This document shows positions 13,518-25,300 of a stretch of 64,000 nucleotides of DNA, piece after piece; the stretch's first letter is position 1, and each line of letters begins with the position of its first letter. Origin of the DNA: Owenia fusiformis (lineage: Eukaryota); the NCBI GenBank assembly GCA_903813345.2, contig CAIIXF020000001.1, forward strand, positions 28,148,001 through 28,212,000, given 5' to 3'. A model generated the notes under the pieces. The model had not been told where the DNA came from and searched no databases. It saw only the letters and a program-made list of their open reading frames with translations. A program made the translations under genes and the position numbers.

Positions 13518-14591
13518 CAGGGCGTTCAATAAGTACTGATAAAAATGCTGTAACTTTTTATTTTTTCAGATATCTAACTAATTATTTTAGTGTGGATCGT
13601 TGAGTAATATACAGTGTGTCTAAAAAAATATGTTACACTTACAAAAAATTCAATATTTTTCATAATTTTGATTTTTCCCTAAAACATACTTTGGATATCA
13701 AAAGACAAATCTTTCTCGAATAATTTGACACCATTGAATTCAAAATCATCAAAATGAAAATTGTTCCTCAGTCAATTGTTTGCGCACAAACTTGTCACAA
13801 ATCAATGTCATTTCTAAATCATTATGAATAAAATGATGCGTGCAACCAAAATTTGAATTAGTCATGTCTGCAATTTTTCTGATAGGAATTCATTCAATAA
13901 GTATATTGCATCAATCTGACTATGGGAAGTTACAGCTTTTGGTCACTCCTGTCTGGGTTCATCTTCAACTGACTTTCTCCCTATTTGAAATAGCAGAACC
14001 AATGATATATGCCAGGGATAGATATAGTGTCCTCCCCAAAACCTTCATTAATGTCCTTTGTTGCATCCTATTTTGATTAACTTATGGTTGCATGTATATA
14101 GAACTTGACGCTGCTTCTAATTTGATGAATATCATTGATATATTCTGTTCAGCAGCCATGTTAAGTGATGCCAAGGTATCTTAGTACCAGTGTGTATTAC
14201 CCAACTGTCAAAATCGATTCAAAATAAAATTATTAATGACTGTTCACATTTGAAGTGGTTCTTTGAAAAGATTTTCGTGCAGATCTAAACCACGGCGAAC
14301 CATCTTAGGCTCCATCCAGTACCACCTTCCTGTTAGAGTGCACTTCCTTGATGCCAAGGTATCTTAGTATTATATTATGAAAATGTTCACATTTGAAGTG
14401 GTTCTTTTGAAAAGATTTTCGTGCATATCTAAACTACAGCGAACCATCTTAGGCTCCATCCAGTACCACCTTCCTGTTAGAGTGCATTCTTGTAATTCTC
14501 ACAGCACAATACTCAATAACGTTCAGTAGAAAAGTTAGTCAGAAATATAAAAAAAATTTAGCAATTTTATCAGTATTTATAGAACGCCCTG
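13518..14591. mobile_element. Non-autonomous Tc1/mariner element, with a second Tc1-type end nested at ~13612
   Basis: TA|CAGGGCGTTCAATAAGTACTGATAAAA...TTTTATCAGTATTTATAGAACGCCCTG|TA; internal direct duplication at ~14165-14485. Confidence 0.8.
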
Positions 14592-15385
14592 TATATAGCT
14601 CTGATATGCAATATTTAGGCCTCTTGGATATAATCGCCTTTTTAAAAATCGCTTAAAATACTTCCTTGCTGACGTCCTTACTTTCGAAGACGAACACTAA
14701 TCCAAATTGTTATAATAAGGGTTCCAAAATACGTAGGAGTTTTTACATGATTTATAAAGATTTGGGTTTCATCTAGATAAGTATATTAAGCCTATACCGA
14801 GTTATATATTATAATTCGATAACCAGAGCCACTACAATATTATGTTTTAGATATGAAATGTCAAAATAAATTCTATGAATAAAAAATGATGATCAACTTT
14901 GTGTTTGTGAAATACCATGAACCACAAAATACCATAGACGCGGATAAATGATTAGTTTTGCGCTTAGATACATATTGAATTGAATAAAAATACTCCGAAT
15001 CGGCCGGGCGTCGTAGTAAATATCGGAGCAATGTGACCACGGTATCACCAGGCCTGTTCTAGGGGTATAAGTGCTAGTTTAGAAGGCATTTATTTAAGGA
15101 ATAAAGACCGATATTTTATAATTTATGGCGCAATGTATGACCAAAAATTATATTCTACTCATTGTTAAAAAACCGAAATCGCGTAGCAATTGCCAGAATA
15201 AAATCTGAGGTCATATATTTGACATTAATCATGAAATCAATTCTAATATGATAGACAGACAAGAAAAACAATTATTACCACCTTACCGGTCCTATTCTAG
15301 GGTTATGAGTGCTAGTTTAGAAGGCATTTATTTTACTATATCAACATGAGCAGTTACGTCATATTGGCGGGCCATATTGCCGGTC

Positions 15386-15802
15386 AATAAATAAGGGTTA
15401 TGTACTGGGAGGTTTTGGATATGGGGTTTATCCAGAGGGAGATATGCATATCTACCTGAGGGACCGTAGGGACTGATGGTAGATGTGCATATCTCACGAG
15501 GAATGAACCCAATATCCAAACAGACCGTACATAACTGCTTTATCCTATACCAAGTAGAGTTTTCAGGAGCATATGGCCATTTCAATAGTTCAAGGTGTGA
15601 AAATAAACAAATCATTCATATGCAAAGTCATTTTATTGCATTATCGGAAGCGGGAAGATATGCACCGGAAGCGGGAAGATATGCACCGAAGCGGGAGATA
15701 TGGCGGGAGATTTGGAGGTTCTGGATATGGAAACCTCAAAATCAGGATACGGGATATATATTACCAACTTATCTTCCTAAAACTCTACTTGGTATAGGAT
15801 AA
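15386..15802. mobile_element. Palindrome-ended non-autonomous element (Crypton-like architecture)
   Basis: A ~140-bp hairpin GTTATGTAC...GTACATAAC followed by the inverted pair TTATCCTATACCA...TGGTATAGGATAA; no TSD seen. Confidence 0.45.
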
Positions 15803-15902
15803 TGCATTTTACAATCGGCAATTTTCCCCGAGAAATTAGATATCGTTCAGCGCGTAAGGTTTTCTTGCTATTTCAGCTCTGGTCATTAACGGTGGTAATA
15901 CT

Positions 15903-16012
15903 CGTAGTAACGTCATTTCTGCGAGCAATATAGAAAAATATTGGACCTTGGGCCTTCGGCGCTCAATCCAATATTTCAGTATATTGCCCTTCGAAATGAC
16001 GTTATTGTACTA
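15903..16012. repeat. ~110-bp imperfect palindrome (isolated Crypton-like terminal hairpin)
   Basis: TAACGTCATTTC...AATATTGGA...GGCCTTCGGC...TCCAATATT...GAAATGACGTTA. Confidence 0.5.
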
Positions 16013-16329
16013 CTCTTTGTATTTATGAATTTTGGCGGCCATACATATTCCAATAAAGACCATTAATTCAATTGTTGTAGCTATTGTGACTTCACGTATC
16101 GTATTAGAATTTACTATATCGACTTGACCAGTATGTGGAAATAAGATGAAATGTTCAACTTAGTTTAGCAGAAATCGGTAGTTTTCGAAAACGAAAGAAT
16201 GTCGGCAACTATCTTGAATGAAGCTACAGTCAAAACAGAAATGTTTGGGAGTACTTTGAATTTAAAACTAAGCAATCAAATGACCATATTGAAACAGTTT
16301 ATGTAAAAATCCTATACAGACCAGTTTAA

Positions 16330-16729
16330 GGTACAGCTGGAAAGTAACATTTTGGTAAAAAATTGCTTGTATATACCTGCACATGTTATTTTCTGGTACA
16401 AAATTAAGTATGAAGTCATGTGTGTATTTCCTTGCTTTTTTCAGGAAAGGATCATTACACTGTCTATTTTTAGTAAACCTGGAAACAGGTCAATGATAGT
16501 TCCTGTGTTGTCTGAAAACTTTGAAAGAAAAATAGAAAGTGTGGAATATCGGAATGTCTTGGAGTTCCCATTGAACTCCTACCAGATACTCTAAAAGAAG
16601 ACAATGTAATGATACTTTCCTTAAAAAAGCAAGGAAATTGACACATGCCTTCATACTTTATTTTGTACCAGAAAATAACATCTGCAGGTATAGAAATGTT
16701 TTACCAAAATGTTACTTTCCAGCTGTACC
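16330..16729. mobile_element. Kolobok-like foldback MITE
   Basis: TTAA|GGTACAGCTGGAAAGTAACATTTTGGTAAAA...TTTTACCAAAATGTTACTTTCCAGCTGTACC|TTAT, with arms longer than 100 bp. Confidence 0.8.
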
Positions 16730-19700
16730 TTATGACGTTTTCATCTGGGGTTTTGTAGTGACTTATTCCGTCCCTATTAATAAATGGAGGGCATCAATGA
16801 TAACACCTCTCAACCAAATGCTCCAATTTACTTGACCCACACAAAAGCAATATCCAAAAACAATTATGTATATCATGATATCATGAGAGGTACGAGTGGT
16901 CGCACTTTATACGACCTTTCAAACGTTATTGGGGTGGGGGGGGGGGCATACTCACTCTTGATTTGTGATGTGCCAGCTTTCAGAAGCATCACAGACAACT
17001 GTAGCCTTTCCCGTCTTGGGTCGGTCGCTTTTGCTTTTGGGTACGTTGCTGAGACTTATTAGACCTGACGCATTCGTTATAATATGTTTCTAAATTCAAC
17101 TGTGCTTCAAGTACGAGGCTGAACACGGAAACCGATTCTGTACAAGTGTAAGTTCAATTCACTCCAGGGAGTGTATTCAGTTGTTATATGTTACGTACAT
17201 ATTCATTGATGCCTGCTAAATGTTCGAGCTTGTTCGGTCAACCTGTCCTTGAATGTAATACATACTGTATAATCATTGTGAACATAAAAACTCGTTTAGT
17301 CTTTAGTGTCCTAAACATTGTACCCCTAATTAACAAAACATTCTAGATTGAGCATGTATTTTTGAAGTTATTGATTATATCAATCATACGAGTGTACGAA
17401 ATAAACGTATCAAACAAAAAGCATCCATCGTTGACACACACATTCCGTGAACACTCAAATTAATCAATTTGATGCTTCAAGCAAGGTTGACATATAGAGA
17501 TTTTGTTGGGACCGCCCTCAGTGATGTTTCAATACTAATATTATCTAAACGATGTTCAATCAACAAAGACCATATCAATATGTTTCTTTTCTGGAATATA
17601 TTGATGGCAATTTCTTTCCCAATTTGTATATTACCTTGAAGTTAATTATGTCTGAAATCTGACAAAAAGTGCGAGGCGTATTTTTCATACGCTCTCTACA
17701 TCTTTCACATTTACACAAAGAGTACACTAAAGGTAACCAGAACAGAGCGTAGTGAACGTTATATAAAAAATTGGAAAATGAAGTAGCCGACTTATTTTTT
17801 ATTTTTAAAAAGTAAGTCACTGGATTTTCTCGTTTTCATACATTTTATAAACGAAATATTGTCCACACTCTTTTCTCGCTACAATAGTGCAGTCTTTATG
17901 CAAAACTGAAAGTTGTAGACAACATTGGAAAGAGGTCCATATTTGAAAGTAATGTGTGGCTTCGTTAAAATTAGACTGTATAAAAATTCCCCAAAAACAC
18001 ATCTACCTTAAAGTTGCTTGAGAGATTAAGAAAGTGTTTCCATGACTAACTTGGGGTCTGTTTTGAGAGAAAGTCCCTGAAATGAGAAATTCACAAAAAT
18101 CGAGGGGATCACATTCTGCTCAATTTTGTTCATGACATTGCTAATGCGCATAAACATTACTAAGTACACCATGCAACACCGTTGTGTTACAATGTAGGTA
18201 CATACAATTAATGTAGTTACGTGTACAATACATAATACAACTTAATATCTTTAACGAGCAGGTTAGACTCTTCCATACTTTTTTAAAAACTTTTCAAAAG
18301 CAGTACTAGTTTTAATATGTATTCAGTCATAAATCACGTCAACACAACCAACGTGCAATATTTTGACAGACGTTGTCACCCATTAATGCCTAAACCTGTC
18401 ATGAGCACGTACAATCAAAATATTTGTGCGTCAATCAAGCCGTGAAAATAAGCAACCAATATCAAAATATAAGAAAGCCCAAGATACATTGTATTTGTAA
18501 AAAAGGGAACGTTACATAATGTCAGGTTCATATTTGCTGCGATTCATCGGTCGGCCCTCGGCCGATTGAGTATTTTGTTTCAAACAAATACAATTTTGAA
18601 CAAAACACTCAATCGGCCAGACACCTATGTGACCCAGCCATAACGTGGGCTAATTGTCGCGAAATGGTTGTTCTAGCTAACTGTGATATAAATGCTAATT
18701 GCATATATTTTGTAATCTCTCAATTTATAACATGTTAGGCTATGTCAGATATGTGTGAGCGTAAAATATTAAATCGACTCCTGTATGATATATATAGGTC
18801 ACGTCTCACAAGGCTTATACGTTATCTCAAATCCAGCCTTTAAATTGAAACAGCTTTTACAAATATTTGAGGGAAAATTCGGTATGCAGCTTTTACAACA
18901 TGTGCTCGACCCTTACTGCTGTACAAATTGAAGTGCGGCGTTTCTGCTTGCAATGGGTGTATGCCTACATGCATTAAAAACTGTTGTACATTGTAGGGAG
19001 AAGTGTTAGTTTAAACAAGTCAGCCAATGGAAGTACTAGTGCTGTAACTCGACTAAAAACTAGCCATCATAATTACAAATAAAATTCATCTATGGTCATT
19101 ACCCCATAACAAATCGTGGGAATACTAAAATAAATTGAAATGTATCAGGTCTTATCACTATACAAGAAATGTATTTTATTGCGTTTGAGTCACGTAGCAC
19201 GAATTAGCAAGAAAATGATTTCTATTTGGTCGTTTAACGTTATGAAAATAGAACGGTAATTGTAAATGCAGTATTACTGAGTGAACGGTGTATGTATTAG
19301 TGAATAAGATCACTTAGGCTCTAAGCGGCGAGATAAACTAAGTCTAAGTCTTTAAAATGTTTATGAACATTTTTCGGACAAACCTTTTTCCTTATAACCT
19401 CAATTGTTTAGGATTTCAAAGATTTTTAGCATCATGTTCTCAACAGAATAATAATGGGCATTAATGAATTTGTGATGCTAAAGATAGAAAAGGTTTTACA
19501 GGTGGTCGGAAAGTTTTTAATTTTGAAATGCGATTTGTTATTACTACATTATCGAGAAAGCTTATCAATTGTCCATTATAAACATTTTTGTATATTGTCC
19601 AGCGGCGACACAGCCGCAGAGCCACATTTTGGCAACCAGCATGGATTTACGATAACATTATTGTATGTAAATAATACACTCGGTTTTTCTGCAGCAGCCG

Positions 19701-21356
19701 CAGAGCCACATCCTAGTTAATGTTATGTTTCTTAAGTGGAGGTTAGAATAGAAATCTCAATACTTAACTTGAAAGGCGACTACGTCAACCGCAGATCAAT
19801 TTACTCCCAAGTCACATTTGTCGCACAGTGGCCGTAAGTAGACCGCAGATCAATTATATCAGTGAAGGGAAGCCGTAGATTTTATAACTCGGAGTTACAA
19901 TATTTGTTAATTTCTGCGGTCCCCGTAGAAATCAACAGGCCGTACGTAGCCAGACCGCATAAAGGTCATTTCATTGCAATCCGTTCAAATCGTTAGCTAC
20001 AAAAAATTGATTGACTGAACGTATGATACATAAATGAGAGCTAAGAAAAAAGCGCAAGAAAAAACAGTGAAATGTACTTGAAGTGGCGATTGTGTTTTCT
20101 GCTTACCAGTTACCCAGCTCTAATAGTGCGATATAAGGTGACTTGATTATGCAGATGACAAGACCCCATTGGTTTCCCGGTCAAACAATCAAAACAGACG
20201 GGGACAAGCTTTGTTTGAACTGTTACTATCAGACTATATCTAGTATTTATTTGTTTCGTGACCAGAAATCCACTTAACTATAGGGAATATATTCCGTTAT
20301 AAAGATAGATTGTTTTCACTTACCAATCATTCACTAACATGTGCTGTCATATTCAGCTCTGGCCTTCATGTCAAATGGGGGAAGGGTAACCCCCACACTG
20401 AATAAATTCAAAGTTCGCGCACCCTTCTTTTTCATCAAAGAACAGTTTACGATAAAAGGCCGAACGCAGAAAACATTGAAATTACGAACGCGGTACGTTC
20501 GGGGTATTTCTCTCGGCCTTGGAATTACTTAAGAAAAATAGACCATCCATAGACGACATGGCAACGACATCTAATTTTCGTCGAGTGAATCATTTCCAAA
20601 GATAATCAATTTTAAGAGAAAATTGCACATAATGGTTTTGCGAGACGACCTCTATCTAACACAAGTAAAATTCTACTAAAGAGATCGCTCAAAAATGTTG
20701 AAAAAATGTAACCATTTTTCTCATCAATTTTAAGACATACTTCTCATGGATCGAATCACGATTTCTTTACAGAAAATAAGACTTTGCTTTATTATGTGGT
20801 TACGATATATGTTATTTTGCTGCTTAAAAAACGTTAAGTCATTCTATTTACGCACTGAAAAACGGTACAAAATATAAGATGGAATTTCATCGCTTCGCCA
20901 AAAAAGTTCTACAAAATGCGTTTTTCATAATTCAACAATAATATTTTAGAATATAAAAATTCATCACACCTCCGATATAGTCTGAAAATTCCATAATGAT
21001 CGTGTAGAAAATAAAAAAGTTGTACTCATCTAAAAAGCTCTCTCTATCGAGCCTCTTCTTTTATCAAATTTAAGAAATGCTGAAAAGTCCGGATCTGATG
21101 TTTTTGACTTTTCTCCAAAGATCTTACCTCGATCTTGAAAATTCTTTCACCACTGGATAGCGGGACCAAAAATCTTCAAAATGAACCCATAAATGTTTCG
21201 CTTTATTACAGTAATTATGTGTAATCGTTGCAGATAAGACGAAATTACATTTCCGACCGGTCTTCTTGACATTTTCGCTGACCTAATTTCAAGTGCGCAT
21301 GCGTTGCATAAATCAGTGAGATGATCACGTGACGTAATTTGATGATCACGTAACGT

Positions 21357-21511
21357 AATGTTTTCCAATAACCAGTTGGTAAAACTGCTATAGTAGATTC
21401 TTGATTCAATATGTTTGTTATCACTTGTAACTGTTCTGGCTTCAAATCAAATCCAAACTTTGGTTTTATGTTATGCGAATAGAGATCATTGATTTCTTCC
21501 ATCGAATACAT
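21357..21511 (-). pseudogene. N-terminal fragment of a RecQ-like superfamily-2 helicase (probably transposon-borne)
   Basis: KFGFDLKPEQLQVITNILNQESTIAVLPTGYWKT matches the Q-motif/motif 0 and motif I (LPTGxGKS/T, here mutated); similarity ends right after motif I. Confidence 0.75.
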
Positions 21512-21668
21512 GATGGTCGAATGAATGATATAAACTCTGTATAGTCACTTGTAACTGTTCTGGCTTCAAATCAAATCCAAACTTTGGTTTTATGTTATGC
21601 GAATAGAGATCATTGATTTCTTCCATCGAATACATGATGGTCGAATGAATGATATAAACTCTGTATAG
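21421..21668. repeat. Exact tandem duplication, 2 x 124 bp
   Basis: 21421-21544 is identical to 21545-21668. Confidence 0.95.
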
Positions 21669-22213
21669 TAACATAGATGGCAGCAATATTCAATGGCTAC
21701 TCTCGTCAAATCTCGTGAGAACTGAAGCCGCCATAAAGATTTTGTGAACATTAGCGATAAACGGCGATTTTGCTACAAAATTAGCACAATTCAACCTTCT
21801 ACAACCTCAAAGATATGGTAATCTTTTGTATAAATCATCAATGTATCCATTTTGTTTATATTTCTCTGTAAATGACGCAGAGATTTAAGCAGAAGATTAA
21901 ACTAAAGTGAACCGTCAAAAATAATCAAGAAAAACTTAGATTGGCATGAATTTACAAGGATAAACACCGCCTCTAATGCAAGTCCATACTACAATCCAAC
22001 GCATTAGAGGCGGTGTTCACCGTCTACTGATGTACATGATTGAAAATTAGAATAATATTCACGTTCGCTATTATTGTGCGTTTGCCGTTCGTTCATTTGG
22101 TGAAGACAGCCTCGATATGGAGTTGCTACAGAAGCTTTTAAAACTTTAATTTCAAACTGCTCCAAGAAATGGATTGATTTCACAGTTATTAAAGCCTATA
22201 TATACATATAACA

Positions 22214-22337
22214 ATGCCACCAAAGAAACCTTTAACTTCTAAAGCACCAGCTAAGACAACTACGAAACCCGCTGCGAAGACAACAGCTGCAAAAACTGGA
22301 GTCAAGCCACCTGCGAAAAATGCTGTGAAAAAAACTG
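22214..22337 (+). CDS. IQANK1: IQANK1-like exon 1 (MPPKKPLTSKAPAK...)
   Basis: ACAATG start, Lys/Ala/Pro-rich frame, G|GTGAG donor in phase 1 matching exon 2. Confidence 0.8.
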
Positions 22338-25300
22338 GTGAGATGTATGAGACTGGCTCATATGAAGTAGATCTAGACGAGTTTACATAGTTGCTTGTGT
22401 AGAAATATTGCTGTTGTAAAACGTTGTCAGTAGCTTAGTTGACACAAATCTTAATTTTATCACAGTATCTTGTAGCACGTTTATGATGACTGATATGGGG
22501 CTGTATGGGAGACTGATATGCTTAGAGAAGGATTATAACGCCGACAAATTTCGAAAACTGGAAGTAAAAAAAATATATGAATTATTGGTCAGAATTTTAT
22601 AATTAGGGTCTTATTTTGAAAAAAAATCTTTCTTCTGTAAGATAAATGTCACTGCCTAACATTTAGATAAATTTAAATAAAAAAGTTTCTTTACTTTCTG
22701 ATACCCATGCTAAGACCGTTAGGTGCTGTCCAACCAAAACTCACCTTTATAGCGATTTCTCCCCAAATCTTTCGCCAATTAACTTGTCCTTTACTCGTAG
22801 AATCCTTTACCCACTAGAGATTTGTAGGGATGCTGCGCTTATGCTGTTCAGCCTGTAAAAATATGTTATTTTGCCGTTTTAAAAATGAAATGTTATTTCG
22901 TAGATATTTTGGCAAATTCTAGCGGCCATCTTTGTGAATAATTATGATGTAAATTTTGAACCAATCAAATTGCAGAACCCCGGAGAAGAGCGAAATTCAT
23001 AATATCTATTTATGATTTAAAATATATTTGGGCAGTTAAACATTAAAAAAAACAAAAGATAAATATATATTTTTGTTTATTAACTATTTACATAATTTTT
23101 AATAGCCCCTTTCTATATAGAATTATGAAAGGTCAGACGGGTCAAGTTTACTATGTCATTATTTCAAGATGGCGGCAGTATCAAACAGTCATATTTTTAA
23201 AATTAGTATGCTTTTACACATTTTTGAACAATAATAGTACAATTGAAACAGCGTATACCATTGCGTATGTGTGTATTACAACTGGATCAAACCAGAGATC
23301 AATCGACGAAACATTGAGGGAGAAATCGATCGATAAGGTAAACTATGAAAAATATGTCTGTCGAGGACTTCATGGTCTGATGCTAAGGTAACAGATAAGA
23401 CGAAAAAATCATATTTGCAGCGTGTCTACAAGTAATATAATGACATGTATGTTGCCGCTAAATATTTTTTCTTAAAAATGAGACCCTTATTGTGGAATTC
23501 TGAACAATAGTTTTTTTTATTTTTCATTTACAGAACCCGGAAGAAGTGATGTGTTATTACCCTTATTATTATACTATAGGGCCTATCATAGTGCTCATCT
23601 CATATCATAGTGCTACATGTCTCTGTGAATTTTATTAGTTTATCCTGCAGATTTTCATCTGCAAGATTTCACTAGAGTCCATTTCACTGCTTAATTGCGT
23701 CAGTAAAACCTAAAAAATAAGAAATCATAATATCATTATGCAAGAATATAAGGAAAAATATATTCTTATTGTACATGAATGACATTTGTATATCTTGGAT
23801 TGCTTCTAGTTTGGCTTATAAAGTGTGTGGCCTCTTATTACTCACTTCGAGATCCATGTTAGATTTTGAAACTTATGGCTCTCGAGCGGGTAAATGGACA
23901 GCTGAATAATAGTGACCTTTGAAACACGAATTAAGTCGATCAGCGTCGACCAGCGGCTTACTTTTGTTCTCTAACTATGTCATACATCATTATCATCCTT
24001 CCGTGCAAGTATCGGAGCGCTGAAGTACTTCCTTTTCGATCAAGACTTGTAATTGTTAGTCGAGTGAATGTTTTTTTCTGCCAAATTCCAATATGGCGTT
24101 TTCTGCTCTGACATTTTCGTAAATCTCCTAACTCATTCTCAAAATTCATTTCGTTCGTTGCGTATCTCGCTCCTAGCAAACCGCCATATTGGAAATGGTT
24201 CGAAAAAACATTTACTCGATGAACAATTTACAAGTCTTGATCGAAAAAGAAGTATTTCAGCGCTCCAATACTTGCCTGGATTGATGATACTGATGGAAGA
24301 TACAGTTAGAGACCAAAAATAAGCCGCTGAACGACTTAATTCGATTTCAAAGGTCACAATCATTCAGCTGTCCAAATGCTCCGTGGGAAAGCTATTATAT
24401 CAAAATCCACATAGCTTTCGCAGGAAGTAAGCCTCTTATATTTGGATGCTTCTCTGCCATGTTATTCTCAATAAGATTAACATGGCTGAAATTCTTCAAA
24501 TTACAAGAGGGCACAGGCTTATTGCACAAAAAACTAAAAAATCTAAAATATACAAATGTCATTCATATACAATACGAATATACTTTTCCCTATATTATTG
24601 CACTATGGTCTCCCGATTTCTTATTTTTGGGGTTCTACTGACGCAATAAAACAGTGAAATGGACTCTAGATCTAGATGTAGTTTTAACCAAACTCGTCTG
24701 GCCCAGTTATCTACTCCCCGATTCTGAAATGTCGTAGATCTACGACCTCAGGAGTAGATAACTGGGCCACACAGGTTTGGTTAGATGTAGTTCTAGATCG
24801 ACCTTATTCTTCAGCCACATCGGGCCTTTCGCTATCGTGAAGCCCTGTTTGTTTTATTGCCTTTTGCGCTATCTCTGATGGACTGTTGCTATTAGTGAAC
24901 TAAAATGCAATAAACTTACTTGAGTCTCTAGCCAAATTACTTGGCTAGAAGACATGGCATGTGGACCACCATGCACTAGTGAAGATGTTTATTCTGGAGT
25001 AAAATTTTTTTTAGATGTTATTCAAAAAATCGTAATGAGAATATTTCATCAATCCTTTGTGTGATATTGCATGCTTTCATCTAAACTAAAAATCACTGGA
25101 TCTGCATTCTTTAAAACATCTGTTAAGGTTGAACTTTATCCCGCTATAGCAAAAAACAAAATGGCCCTTTTTACCGAAGAAAAATTTGCTTTTAGAAAAC
25201 ACTAAATTAAAGCCAATGTAGAAGGACATATGAACTAAGACTAGATACTAAGTTCAATGAAGGTATGTTTACTACATTTTAGTTCATTAATAGTGTAATG

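Larger units (their letters stand above)
3790..22026. mobile_element. Putative 18.2-kb non-autonomous AcademH-like DNA transposon carrying nested TEs
   Basis: CTGATGTAC at 3781-3789 and 22027-22035 directly flanks TAG...CTA ends. Each end is an imperfect hairpin. A RecQ-like helicase fragment lies ~500 bp inside the right end. Confidence 0.6.

Noticed and set aside
3861-21060. Polinton/Maverick or endogenous virus, suggested by ~17-kb spacing of inverted repeats
   Set aside because: No long ORFs or remnants of DNA polymerase B, integrase or capsid, and no AG-repeat termini with a 6-bp TSD.
22120-22136. RFX X-box in the IQANK1 proximal promoter (GTTGCTACAGAAGC)
   Set aside because: Only one half-site fits the consensus; too weak to call.
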